A stretch of DNA of 64,000 nucleotides from an uncultured Bacilli bacterium (GTDB lineage Bacteria > Bacillota_I > Bacilli_A > RF39 > UBA660), in NCBI GenBank assembly GCA_934096645.1, contig CAKOMK010000002.1, positions 119,383 to 183,382 on the forward strand. The letters are read 5' to 3'. Under the pieces are notes generated by a model. It did not search any database. It was not told the DNA's origin and saw only the letters and a program-made list of their open reading frames with translations. Of this stretch, positions 41,475 to 50,525 are shown one piece after another (position 1 is the stretch's first letter; every line of letters begins with the position of its first letter). A program made the translations under genes and the position numbers.

Positions 41475-41755
41475 TCACCTATATTTACTAATATTATTTT
41501 TTTCTAATTTTAAAAGTCCTATTTTATTTTTAATTTCTCCACCATATCCAGTAATTTTATTATTTGTACCAACTACTCTATGACAAGGAATAATTATGCA
41601 TATAGGATCGCTTCCCACAGCTCCTCCAACTGCTTGAACAGACATCTTTTTAATTTCTCTTTACTTGCCATTTCTATTGCTATATCATTATAAGTAACTA
41701 CTTTGCCATATGAAATATTATTTTTTATTAATTCTTTGCAAATAATTAAATCCAT
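41475..41755 (-). pseudogene. ogt: Frameshifted standalone methylated-DNA-protein-cysteine methyltransferase (Ogt/MGMT DNA-binding + active-site domain, ~93 aa if restored)
   Basis: Frame A, 41594..41755: MDLIICKELIKNNISYGKVVTYNDIAIEMASKEKLK. Frame B, 41475..41645: (K)MSVQAVGGAVGSDPICIIIPCHRVVGTNNKITGYGGEIKNKIGLLKLEKN, with the active site PCHRV. The frames join if the A5 tract (plus-strand T5 at 41647-41651) gains one A. Confidence 0.65.
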
Positions 41756-42458
41756 TTTCCACTTTTATATTAATACTATCACTTGTAGAATATAATTTTC
41801 TTAATTTATCCATAACAAGCTCATCTCCATCATATAATTCATAAAAGCTATCATAACCTTTTTCTTTAAAACTAAATAAATCACTAAAAGGTCTATTATT
41901 TAATATTGGATCAGTTACCATTTCAGAATACTTCCATTCTAAATATGGACTATCATAATTTCTCCTAGGAGTTTTTGGATATAATTCTTTCCACTTTTCA
42001 AACCATATGAAATGAAGAGTTTCATGAGCAGCAACTTCTACTAGTTTAGATTCTTCTAGATCAATAGAAATTGAAAAAGACAAATCATCTAAGTTTCTTG
42101 GAAACACAGGTATTAAACCGACTATCGCAATTACATCATTATCAAAAGAACATCCAAAGAAATCAAATAACATTTTAAAATATTTATCATTATATTTTTT
42201 CCATAAACGACTATATCTTTCTACTTCATCTTCAATCTTCTTTTCTTTTTGATAATACTCTTCGCTAACTACTTCAGTAATTATTTTATTAGCTTCATTT
42301 TGACTCATATCACTAGAAATAGAATTTAATTTTGGAAAACACTGAATAGTATAATCATGAATATTAAGATTGCTACTATCAGCATAAAAAGCCCAACTAA
42401 CTATATTAATATTTTCTTCTAAAGACATCTTTTTAAATTTTACTTTTGGAATATTCAT
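41718..42458 (-). CDS. Hypothetical protein with an HExxH (AAHETLHF) motif, 246 aa
   Basis: ORF. Possible zincin-like. Confidence 0.45.
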   Translation of the reverse strand: MNIPKVKFKKMSLEENINIVSWAFYADSSNLNIHDYTIQCFPKLNSISSDMSQNEANKIITEVVSEEYYQKEKKIEDEVERYSRLWKKYNDKYFKMLFDFFGCSFDNDVIAIVGLIPVFPRNLDDLSFSISIDLEESKLVEVAAHETLHFIWFEKWKELYPKTPRRNYDSPYLEWKYSEMVTDPILNNRPFSDLFSFKEKGYDSFYELYDGDELVMDKLRKLYSTSDSINIKVENGFNYLQRINKK

Positions 42459-42851
42459 ATAAAACTCCTCACATTATTTTAATTCATTAATCAATAAAGT
42501 ATATTCTATAAGCAAATACAAACAAACTATATAATAGATCATTAATAAAAAAGTTAAAATCAAAAATATATTACTAACCTTAAATGATAATATAATCAAA
42601 ATAGCTAATACAATCGGACAATAATATATTCTATATTTATACTCATTAGGTTTACACTTATCAAATATTCAAAAACCTTCTATTAAACTTTTAGTATCCC
42701 ATCCTTTAGAACTCATTTCATTCATATATTTTTCATCTTTAACATAATTCCACCTTAATAATCATTTACATTATAACATATCAAAGCATTTAATAAAATA
42801 ATGATTTTTTATATAAAATATGTTACAATCTCGTTAAGGAGTTGATATATT

Positions 42852-43274
42852 TTGAAAATAAATAATGAATGTGCCAGAAGAATTTTATTTGAAGTAGAAA
42901 AAATTCCATATGGTGAAACACTAACTGTTGTTAAGCTTCAAGAACAAATGCCAGAATTCTCTATAGAAGATGTATTAAATATTGTTACTTTATTTAACAA
43001 AGAACATTATTTAACAGTACTAGACAAAGCTAGTTATGATGACAATGATGTTTTAAGAGATAACAAAATTAAACGTCTAACTGAAAAAGGATACAAAACA
43101 TTAGATTTAATTAGAAGTGATGAACTATGGAATCAAATTAAAGAAACTATGCCTAGTTTTAATGAAACATCAATTTATACAATTTTTGATCTTGCAAATA
43201 AAATTGCAAATGTTCAACAAAACAAATTATTCAATCTACCAGAAATGATGTTTACACCAAAAGATAGATGGTAA
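42852..43274 (+). CDS. Hypothetical protein, 140 aa (TTG start with an AAGGAG SD)
   Basis: ORF only. Confidence 0.45.
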   Translation: MKINNECARRILFEVEKIPYGETLTVVKLQEQMPEFSIEDVLNIVTLFNKEHYLTVLDKASYDDNDVLRDNKIKRLTEKGYKTLDLIRSDELWNQIKETMPSFNETSIYTIFDLANKIANVQQNKLFNLPEMMFTPKDRW

Positions 43275-43315
43275 TATTAAAAACTACTCTCAACAAAATT
43301 GAAAGTAGTTTTATT

Positions 43316-44332
43316 TTATATATTTTTTTCTATTAATTCTTTGTATTGTTCTTCTAATTTCTTTACACTATCTATAGTTATAAATTCGTCTTTTTTGTGA
43401 GCATTATCTGGCCCAACACCTAAAATATATTTATTTTTTGAATCAATAAAACTTGCTTCTGTAATAAAATCACTCATATTAGTTTCTCCATTAACATTCA
43501 AAAATGGTTTTATATTATTTACAATTTCACTTCTAACATCATATTTACTAATAAGTTTATTTATTTTATTTATAATTTTTTTATTTTGATTTTCACTAAC
43601 AGTTCTAAAATCTATTAAAACCTCACAATTATCTGGAACTATATTAATGCTTCTTCCACCTTTTATAACTCCAATATTCATTGTTGTATATTTTGAATCT
43701 ATAATTTCTTGTTTTAGTTTATTATAATATTTCTTTAAATCATTAATAAAACTAACACAATTCTCAATAGCATTAACACCCTCTTCAGGTTTACTAGAGT
43801 GTGATGAAACTCCTTTAAAAGATACTTTCAATTCAAGTAATCCTTTACTAGCATTTATTATTTCATTATTAGTAGGTTCACCAATTATCATATTACTTGG
43901 AAAAGTAATTTTTTTATTTATAAGTTCATTAATACCAAAAAAACCAATCTCTTCATCATACGTAAAAATAAATTTCATTCCTTTATTTCTTTTACTAAAA
44001 TCAATTTTTGATATAACAGAAAGTATAACAGCTATAGAACCTTTCATATCACATGACCCAAGACCATATAACTTCCCATCTTCTTCGCTCAATACAAAAG
44101 GATCACTATTCCAATCATCAGAACAAGAAACAGTATCAGTGTGTCCTAAAAATCCAATATCACACTCCTCTTTATTACTCATAACTAAACATTTACTTTT
44201 ATATTCAGTTTTAAAACCTAATTTTTGAAGATAATTTTCAATATAATTTATTATTTCATTATTTTCTTTATCATTAATAGTATTAAAACTAACTAAATCT
44301 TTTAAAATATTTTTTGAATCCATAAATATCAT
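43316..44332 (-). CDS. M20 family metallopeptidase (ArgE/DapE-type deacylase)
   Basis: GHTDTV and GLGSCDMKG motifs. The ATGA overlap with the upstream GNAT gene suggests translational coupling. Confidence 0.75.
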   Translation of the reverse strand: MIFMDSKNILKDLVSFNTINDKENNEIINYIENYLQKLGFKTEYKSKCLVMSNKEECDIGFLGHTDTVSCSDDWNSDPFVLSEEDGKLYGLGSCDMKGSIAVILSVISKIDFSKRNKGMKFIFTYDEEIGFFGINELINKKITFPSNMIIGEPTNNEIINASKGLLELKVSFKGVSSHSSKPEEGVNAIENCVSFINDLKKYYNKLKQEIIDSKYTTMNIGVIKGGRSINIVPDNCEVLIDFRTVSENQNKKIINKINKLISKYDVRSEIVNNIKPFLNVNGETNMSDFITEASFIDSKNKYILGVGPDNAHKKDEFITIDSVKKLEEQYKELIEKNI

Positions 44333-45105
44333 TTTTCCTTTCTTAAGCTTAAAGTTTTAGATAAATTTACAACTGGAAAAATACGATCATTTCCTTCACC
44401 AGTTGGATCTTTTTGGAATGAATAATTGCCTTCAATCATACTAAAACCTAATTCACCAAAAATTTTTCTTATTAAAGCATTTGAATTAGAAACATCTAAA
44501 TCAGGTCTATTCATTATTAGTTCAATGTATTTATTTATAAATTTTTGTTTCTCATTATCACTAAATTCAGGAATAATTATACTTTCTCCATTAATTCTTT
44601 TCATTTTATCTTCTTTTTGAATTCTCATAGCTGCACTTTCAAAACTTTCAGAATCTTTTTTATCAAAATATCTCATAGCATTCGTTCTATATCCTAAATA
44701 TTTATCACTTGGATTTAAATAGTTTAATAATAATGTTCTAACCATTTCGCTAGCAATACCATTTTTTCTAAAACTACTTAATACTCCAATTTCATCAACA
44801 AACTTAATATTTTCTAGATATTGAGCATATTGTCTTTGATTTTCAGGTACTTCATCAATTGAAACTAGAAAACCTATTGTCTTTTCACTATATTTAGATA
44901 CCAATATTAATGCATCTTCATCAATATATGATGTTATTTCTTGTAAAGCACTATCTAAATCCCAACTTTCATAGAAAGGTTCTCCATTAAATACATCTTT
45001 ATATGCTTCACTACACTTAACTATTTCACTTCTTATTCTTTTTAATTCTTCAACCTTATATTCCCCTTTATTTTCTTTTAACCAACTTTCATTTAAACTT
45101 TTCAT
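44329..45105 (-). CDS. GNAT family N-acetyltransferase-like protein
   Basis: Motif A-like VDEIGVLSSFRKNGIASEMVRTLL. Confidence 0.5.
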   Translation of the reverse strand: MKSLNESWLKENKGEYKVEELKRIRSEIVKCSEAYKDVFNGEPFYESWDLDSALQEITSYIDEDALILVSKYSEKTIGFLVSIDEVPENQRQYAQYLENIKFVDEIGVLSSFRKNGIASEMVRTLLLNYLNPSDKYLGYRTNAMRYFDKKDSESFESAAMRIQKEDKMKRINGESIIIPEFSDNEKQKFINKYIELIMNRPDLDVSNSNALIRKIFGELGFSMIEGNYSFQKDPTGEGNDRIFPVVNLSKTLSLRKEK

Positions 45106-45368
45106 TATAATTTCCTCTTTCTTAAATTTTTTAATTAAAAAATGCTACTGCGTGCTTGCAGTAGCATAATAGAGACTATTTATCGTAAATTACACTAGAT
45201 ACAAGCACGACAAATAGCACTTGTACCTACGATCTTTCAATGTCGTATTAACAAGTGCAGACTATTATAATGATGATTAAATTGTATAGTTACAAATTTA
45301 AACATAATAATCTTTCCTTCTCACTTATCGAAATTATAACATGACTCCACAAATCATGTCAAATACAT

Positions 45369-46370
45369 TTAATATCCAAAAGACACATCACTTTGCATAT
45401 TTTTAATTTGATTAATTGCATTTAGAAAATCATTCTTTAAACTATCATTAGTTAAACAAGAATATACTTTTTGATAATTAGCTAAAATATAATCTGGTTC
45501 ATAATTTGCTATAAAGTTAGATGCAAGTTCTCTTTCAGCTTTAACAATTAATTCATTTTGCATTTGCAAATTACCAGCAAAAACTCTTCCATCTTTCATT
45601 TGTATATTTACTGGAGGACCACTAAGACGATCCTTATACCCTGTAAGTATTAATTTATCTATTGAATATATTTTTTCTAAATCATACATAAATTGATCAA
45701 ATTTATTTTCATTACCAGGAAAAGCCTCATACATTTGTTTTAGTAAATATCTTCCATCACTTCTAAAACCTAATGCTAACATTTGATTCAAAGGTATTCC
45801 CATAGAATATGACATTAACATCAATATATTACCATTCATTTGATATTCTGATAAAGGACTATAAACAACATGATCACTTTGTCCTCTTACTACTCCATAT
45901 TGATTTCTATATCGAATATTAGTTCCATTAGAAATATGATATAAAATTTCAGCTGTATATTGTGTAGCCCCTTCAGTCAAAAACATTCCATCCTTTCCAT
46001 TATAAAAAGAACATTGTTCATGACCATTAATAATTCTTGTTTGAATAGCGTGTGTTAACTCATGAAAAAAATATAATTTTTTAGTTTCATAATTTAAGGA
46101 GCCATTCATCGTAATCTTATCGCCTTCTGTTATTCCATGTATCCCATTAAGATTCGCTTCAACAACTTCTTTCAAAACAGTAGGTAATCTTTTAGCAATA
46201 TCTATAGGATTCAAATATAATCCACCTTCATACTCTAATTGATTTAAAGCATCTATATAATCAGCAATCAATATAAAATATTTATCAGGAATATTATAAT
46301 TAGTTCCTTTATATTGTCTTTTTATAGTATCAACTAACCCACTATTAATTAAATCTTGTGCACTTGCCAT
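45369..46370 (-). CDS. Hypothetical protein with an HExxH (FFHELTHAIQ) motif, 333 aa
   Basis: ORF. Possible gluzincin-like. Confidence 0.45.
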   Translation of the reverse strand: MASAQDLINSGLVDTIKRQYKGTNYNIPDKYFILIADYIDALNQLEYEGGLYLNPIDIAKRLPTVLKEVVEANLNGIHGITEGDKITMNGSLNYETKKLYFFHELTHAIQTRIINGHEQCSFYNGKDGMFLTEGATQYTAEILYHISNGTNIRYRNQYGVVRGQSDHVVYSPLSEYQMNGNILMLMSYSMGIPLNQMLALGFRSDGRYLLKQMYEAFPGNENKFDQFMYDLEKIYSIDKLILTGYKDRLSGPPVNIQMKDGRVFAGNLQMQNELIVKAERELASNFIANYEPDYILANYQKVYSCLTNDSLKNDFLNAINQIKNMQSDVSFGY

Positions 46371-46506
46371 ATTTACCTCATAATTATATATAAATAATTA
46401 TATCATACACAAAATGAATTTTTAATAATTTTATTTAAACAACCACAAAAAAATACCTAATCTTATTCAATTAAGTATTTTACAAATTACATGTCATCAA
46501 ATACTA

Positions 46507-46983
46507 TTATTTAGCTCTCTTCATTGCATTGCCTTTTTCTTCATTATAACAGTTTATGACATCATCTAATGTACAATTAGCATATAACATAATTTGTTGT
46601 GTAGAATCATGCATTCCACAAACTATTTGTCTAAAATTAGCACCGCTTAACATTCCTATTAACCCAGTACCTATTGCAATTGTTGCAATTGGTTCCCCAT
46701 CAGCAGGTATTTTATCAAAACATTCTTTAATAATTTCGGCTTGATTTTCACCCCAATCACCATGTAACGAATGACAAACTAATGCATGAAAAGTTTTATC
46801 TCCAATAGTTTTAGATAGTACAGTACCTATTTCATGTTCCCCACAATTTGCAAGCTCATTCCAATATTTTCTAGACACTTGCCCAGCAAAGCCAGAATCA
46901 TTATATCCCTCTGTATTAATAGCAAATGCTATGTGTTTTGCTTCTGAATTAAATATATTATCTTGAACAGTTTTAACAACCAT
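46507..46983 (-). CDS. Macro-domain-like protein (ADP-ribose binding/processing fold)
   Basis: N-terminal VQDNIFNSEAKHIAFAINTEGY…GFAGQVS and C-terminal IATIAIGTGLIGMLSG patterns resemble Macro motifs. Confidence 0.4.
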   Translation of the reverse strand: MVVKTVQDNIFNSEAKHIAFAINTEGYNDSGFAGQVSRKYWNELANCGEHEIGTVLSKTIGDKTFHALVCHSLHGDWGENQAEIIKECFDKIPADGEPIATIAIGTGLIGMLSGANFRQIVCGMHDSTQQIMLYANCTLDDVINCYNEEKGNAMKRAK

Positions 46984-47192
46984 AACCCATCCTCCTAATC
47001 AAAAACTTATTATACATAAGTTACAATAAAAAAGCAAATTTAAAAAATTTAAAGCACACCTAATCATATACAAGAACAGTTGATATCAGAAAGTAAATAA
47101 AAAGAAAATTACAATTGACAAGTTAAAAAAATAAGGATTTTTAAATTCTATCTCTAGTAATAATTATCTTCCTTTTACTATTCATAGTATTA

Positions 47193-47233
47193 ATATAAAA
47201 GAAAACCACCTAACTCAGCAATGATTTAGGTGG
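47193..47233 (-). terminator. Second minus-strand hairpin + U-run (CCACCTAA-12nt-TTAGGTGG then UUUUCUUUUAU), about 90 nt downstream of the methyltransferase gene's terminator
   Basis: 8-bp perfect stem. No plus-strand T-run. Confidence 0.45.
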
Positions 47234-47322
47234 AACCAACTTAATTGGCAACACTCAACATGCAAAATTAAGTGTTCCTATAATATTTTATGAAGTTTCC
47301 TTCATCTACATACATAATAACA

Positions 47323-47353
47323 TAAAAACGACTTTTTAACAAGCCGTTTTATT
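47323..47353 (-). terminator. Rho-independent terminator downstream of the methyltransferase gene
   Basis: AAAACGGCTT-gttaaa-AAGTCGTTTTT on the minus strand. Confidence 0.55.
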
Positions 47354-47356
47354 TAG

Positions 47357-48313
47357 TTAAAAACCTTTCTTTTTAAATACTAATAATTTACCATTATTTT
47401 TGTTAGTTTCTCTTCTTCTAACATTAATTTCCTCTATATCTTCTAAACTAAAACCTATTTTCGAAGCTATTTCAATCCAATCTTGAATTAGATTAATCCT
47501 TCTTGTATCTTCTAAATTAACTAAATGTAATCCATCATCTTTTGTATACATATAAATATTTTTTACAGTTTCAACAACAAAATTATTTAACCATTCATCA
47601 TATTCTGGATATCTAATATAAGATTGTGTTTCACATTCAGTATATGTTTCATAATTAAAATAAGGAGGACTACTAAAAGATAAATCAACCTTTCCTATTA
47701 AATCTGGAATAAAGATTTCAGAACCTAAATTATATATTGTAGCAGATGATTCATTACATAATGTAGAAGCAATCCAGCTTCTAAAAATTAGTAATCTTTG
47801 ATAAAGTTCATCATAAGGTTCAACCCCTACATAACTATATTTATATTTACTTGATAAAGCACCAAGCATTCTACTTCCAAAACCACATGAATAATCGAAT
47901 ATGACAGCATCATCAAAAGGAACATATCGTTCATATATTTTTCTTGCTATTACTGGATTAAAATTTGAAACTTTTCCAACCATAGATGAACTAAAAAAGA
48001 AATCCCTTAAATTAGCCACATCACTTTTCTGTTGATAAAAATTTTTATGATGTTCAATATATTCCAATGCTATTTTTAATAAATCATCATTATTTATTAC
48101 TTCCTCTGGAGAATATTTTCCATTCTTTGACTTTGCACTAAGTATTAAATCATCAAAAAAATGATTTAATACTTTACTTATATTTCTATTTTCAACACTA
48201 AAATTTTGAGTATTTAATTGTTGTCCTTGAAAATCTATTAAAATTTTTCTCAAATAGTCATCACTATATCTTCTATATATGTTGTTTCTTATAGCTTCAA
48301 ATCTTGATTCCAT
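47357..48313 (-). CDS. Orphan SAM-dependent N-methyltransferase (motif I FDYSCGFGSRMLGA; motif IV SPPY)
   Basis: A FxGxG-type SAM motif followed ~75 aa later by S-P-P-Y, the N6-adenine/N4-cytosine (or m2G RNA) methyltransferase catalytic motif. No REase gene nearby. Confidence 0.55.
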   Translation of the reverse strand: MESRFEAIRNNIYRRYSDDYLRKILIDFQGQQLNTQNFSVENRNISKVLNHFFDDLILSAKSKNGKYSPEEVINNDDLLKIALEYIEHHKNFYQQKSDVANLRDFFFSSSMVGKVSNFNPVIARKIYERYVPFDDAVIFDYSCGFGSRMLGALSSKYKYSYVGVEPYDELYQRLLIFRSWIASTLCNESSATIYNLGSEIFIPDLIGKVDLSFSSPPYFNYETYTECETQSYIRYPEYDEWLNNFVVETVKNIYMYTKDDGLHLVNLEDTRRINLIQDWIEIASKIGFSLEDIEEINVRRRETNKNNGKLLVFKKKGF

Positions 48314-48573
48314 AAAACCACCTAGTTAACTATTATACTAAAAGCTTATATAAAATACTATACAAGAATATCTCATATAATATTTTAACACATCTTAAAT
48401 AGTACAAAGATGAAATAAAAAACGAACCAAAATAGTTCGAATGTATGCCTTATTGGTGCGATACAAGAGCCTATTTTGAACACTTATATCTAAAAGAACT
48501 ACTAATAAATATCAGTTCCATATATAATATACCATAAATTTAACTAATATTAATTAAAAAATGGTTTATCTCA

Positions 48574-48972
48574 TTATTTTCTTGTTCTCTTTTTTTCATC
48601 TATATAAAAATGCAATTCTATAGAACCAGCTTTTTGACTAGTAGCAACATCAATTTCATTTTCAACGCATAATTGGCATAATAAATTGCTATCAAAGGTT
48701 TCACCTATTTTTGTATCACATAAGAAAGTCCCATTTGAATTCATCTCAATACTACAACTATGATCTGCATTTTGTAACATTTGTATTTTTATTAATAATA
48801 AAACATAATTTGTATTTTTAAGAATTTCTTTGTCTTGTTCTGGCAAATCACATCTATCTATTTGTTGACAAACTGATTCATATTGTAATAAATTACTTCT
48901 ATTAAATACCTCCAATGCACAATCTTTAATCGTAGAGATGGCAAATAAATCAATTTCTTCTTTACTTATCAT
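48574..48972 (-). CDS. Hypothetical protein, 132 aa
   Basis: ORF only. Confidence 0.45.
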   Translation of the reverse strand: MISKEEIDLFAISTIKDCALEVFNRSNLLQYESVCQQIDRCDLPEQDKEILKNTNYVLLLIKIQMLQNADHSCSIEMNSNGTFLCDTKIGETFDSNLLCQLCVENEIDVATSQKAGSIELHFYIDEKKRTRK

Positions 48973-49067
48973 GTTAATATTCCCCTTTCGAATGGTTTAT
49001 ATTTTAGCATATAATTCCGTATTTGTCAAATTCTATCTCTCCAAATCATCTTTTTCTTATTAATACA

Positions 49068-49106
49068 ATAAAAAAATCAATTCCATTTCTAGAATTGATA
49101 TTTATT
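49068..49106 (-). terminator. Rho-independent terminator at the end of the ssrA-tRNA transcription unit
   Basis: ATCAATTC-tagaaatg-GAATTGAT followed by U7 on the minus strand. Confidence 0.65.
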
Positions 49107-49141
49107 TGTTAATTGAACCAAAGTTCAACCAGATTCTTTAA

Positions 49142-49217
49142 TGGTGCTGAAAATAGGAATTGAACCCACAACCTACTGATTACGATTCAGTTGCTCTACC
49201 AATTGAGCTATTTCAGC
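49142..49217 (-). tRNA. tRNA-Thr (anticodon CGU)
   Basis: Cloverleaf: acceptor GCTGAAA/TTTCAGC, D-arm TAGCTCAATTGGTAGAGCA, anticodon stem ACTGA/TCAGT with loop AT-CGT-AA, T-arm GGGTTCAATTCC, encoded CCA. Confidence 0.85.
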
Positions 49218-49218
49218 A

Positions 49219-49293
49219 TGGTTGCCCTAGTAGGATTCGAACCTACGCATGCTGGAGTCAGAGTCCAGAGCCTTACCACTTGGCCACAGGGCA
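49219..49293 (-). tRNA. tRNA-Gln (anticodon CUG)
   Basis: Acceptor TGCCCTG/TAGGGCA, anticodon stem CTGGA/TCCAG with loop CT-CTG-AC, T-arm GGTTCGAATCC, encoded CCA. Confidence 0.8.
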
Positions 49294-49331
49294 ATATAAA
49301 ACTTGATTAAAAACCAAGTTAATAACAATAT

Positions 49332-49685
49332 TGGTGGAGCTGAGGAGTAACGAACTCCTGTCCAAAATTCATTCCAATAGAATTTCTACAAGTTTAGTTG
49401 GTTTTTATACTCAAATAATAATGTAGATTGCCAACTTCTCTTATTATTCAAAGTTTGTTAAACATTCATTATAAATCACAAACATATTTATAATATAGTT
49501 CACTTTATGACACCCTACTTTAAACTCGTGAACAAAAGTTTAAGAGGATGCTCCACTTTATACTAAATTAAGCAAAAGCTGGAGAGAAACTATAATCGTT
49601 TCCAGTTATTTTGATTTTTGCATTTTAAGTATGCCTACTACTTGCATTCTATCCAAATATAATTCTGTCGAATCAATGCAGCCCC
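49332..49685 (-). ncRNA. ssrA: tmRNA (ssrA)
   Basis: 5' end GGGGCUGCAUUGAUUCGACAG and 3' end GGACAGGAGUUCGUUACUCCUCAGCUCCACCA match the tmRNA tRNA-like domain. Internal tag reading frame …GNDYSFSPAFA* followed by UAA. Confidence 0.8.
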
Positions 49686-49696
49686 ATGTAACACAG

Positions 49697-49705
49697 ATTA
49701 TACCA
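49697..49705 (-). promoter_or_regulatory. Extended -10 element (TGgTATAAT) upstream of ssrA
   Basis: Revcomp reads tatGGTATAATctgtgttacatg|GGGC. The -35 is not convincing. Confidence 0.4.
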
Positions 49706-49730
49706 TATTTTATGATAAAAAGCCACATTA

Positions 49731-50477
49731 TTGACAAATTTACTTATATTTCATAAAATAATATACATGAAGAATAGTTTAATTAAAAATGTTGAAATAG
49801 TATTTGTTAATTTAATAACTTTAACTAGATTAATTGGAGCAATTGCACTTCCATTCATTTATTGTTTTAAAGGTGCTGGAAATTGTGCTTTAATAACTCT
49901 AATACTTTTTGCAACTGATGCAATTGATGGATTTCTTGCAAGAACACTACACTGTTCTACATTCTTTGGAAGTATGATAGATGCCATCAGTGATAAACTA
50001 TTAAACTCAATTGCTTTTATTTTATTAGGTATTCAATATGAATCAATGTTTATTCCACTAATTCTAGAAATAGCTATATTTTATACGAGCTACTCTACTT
50101 ATAGATATGGTGGTAATGTTCAATCTAGTAAAACTGGAAAAATTAAAACAATCATATTAGATGTATGTGTAATATTAAGTTTTACACTTATAGCATTAAC
50201 TAAATTCAATATAAATAATCACACACTAGTATTATTAATATCAAATACTAAATTAATAATATTCATGTTTAGTATGATAATAACAGTAGCTAGTCTATTC
50301 ACATTATTTGATTATATGAAAAAGAATACTTTAGCAAGACAAAATCCAGCATCAATAAAAATTAAACTTCAAAAAAGAAAACTAAAAACATTAAAAGAAA
50401 TTCTAGGAAACATGTTTGATACATCTTACTATTTAAAACATAAAAATGAATCTATCATGGAGCAATTATATAAGTGA
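49731..50477 (+). CDS. CDP-alcohol phosphatidyltransferase family protein
   Basis: Motif D-G-x2-A-R-x8-G-x3-D-x3-D (DAIDGFLARTLHCSTFFGSMIDAISD). Polytopic membrane protein. Confidence 0.75.
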   Translation: MTNLLIFHKIIYMKNSLIKNVEIVFVNLITLTRLIGAIALPFIYCFKGAGNCALITLILFATDAIDGFLARTLHCSTFFGSMIDAISDKLLNSIAFILLGIQYESMFIPLILEIAIFYTSYSTYRYGGNVQSSKTGKIKTIILDVCVILSFTLIALTKFNINNHTLVLLISNTKLIIFMFSMIITVASLFTLFDYMKKNTLARQNPASIKIKLQKRKLKTLKEILGNMFDTSYYLKHKNESIMEQLYK

Positions 50478-50525
50478 TTTTACTATTTTATAATTTTATG
50501 GTAAAATACTCTAGGAAGTGATAAG

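Noticed and set aside
42459-42851. Short hydrophobic minus-strand ORFs in the 393-nt divergent intergenic region
   Set aside because: No consistent frame with a start and SD was found. The frames are broken by stops and look like decayed or incidental sequence. The region more plausibly holds the two divergent promoters.
49332-49360. Apparent tRNA 3' fragment (T-arm + acceptor + CCA) without a 5' half, initially considered an integrase att remnant
   Set aside because: Extending upstream reveals the matching 5' acceptor GGGGCUG 355 nt away and a tag reading frame. It is the 3' end of an intact tmRNA, not a truncated tRNA.
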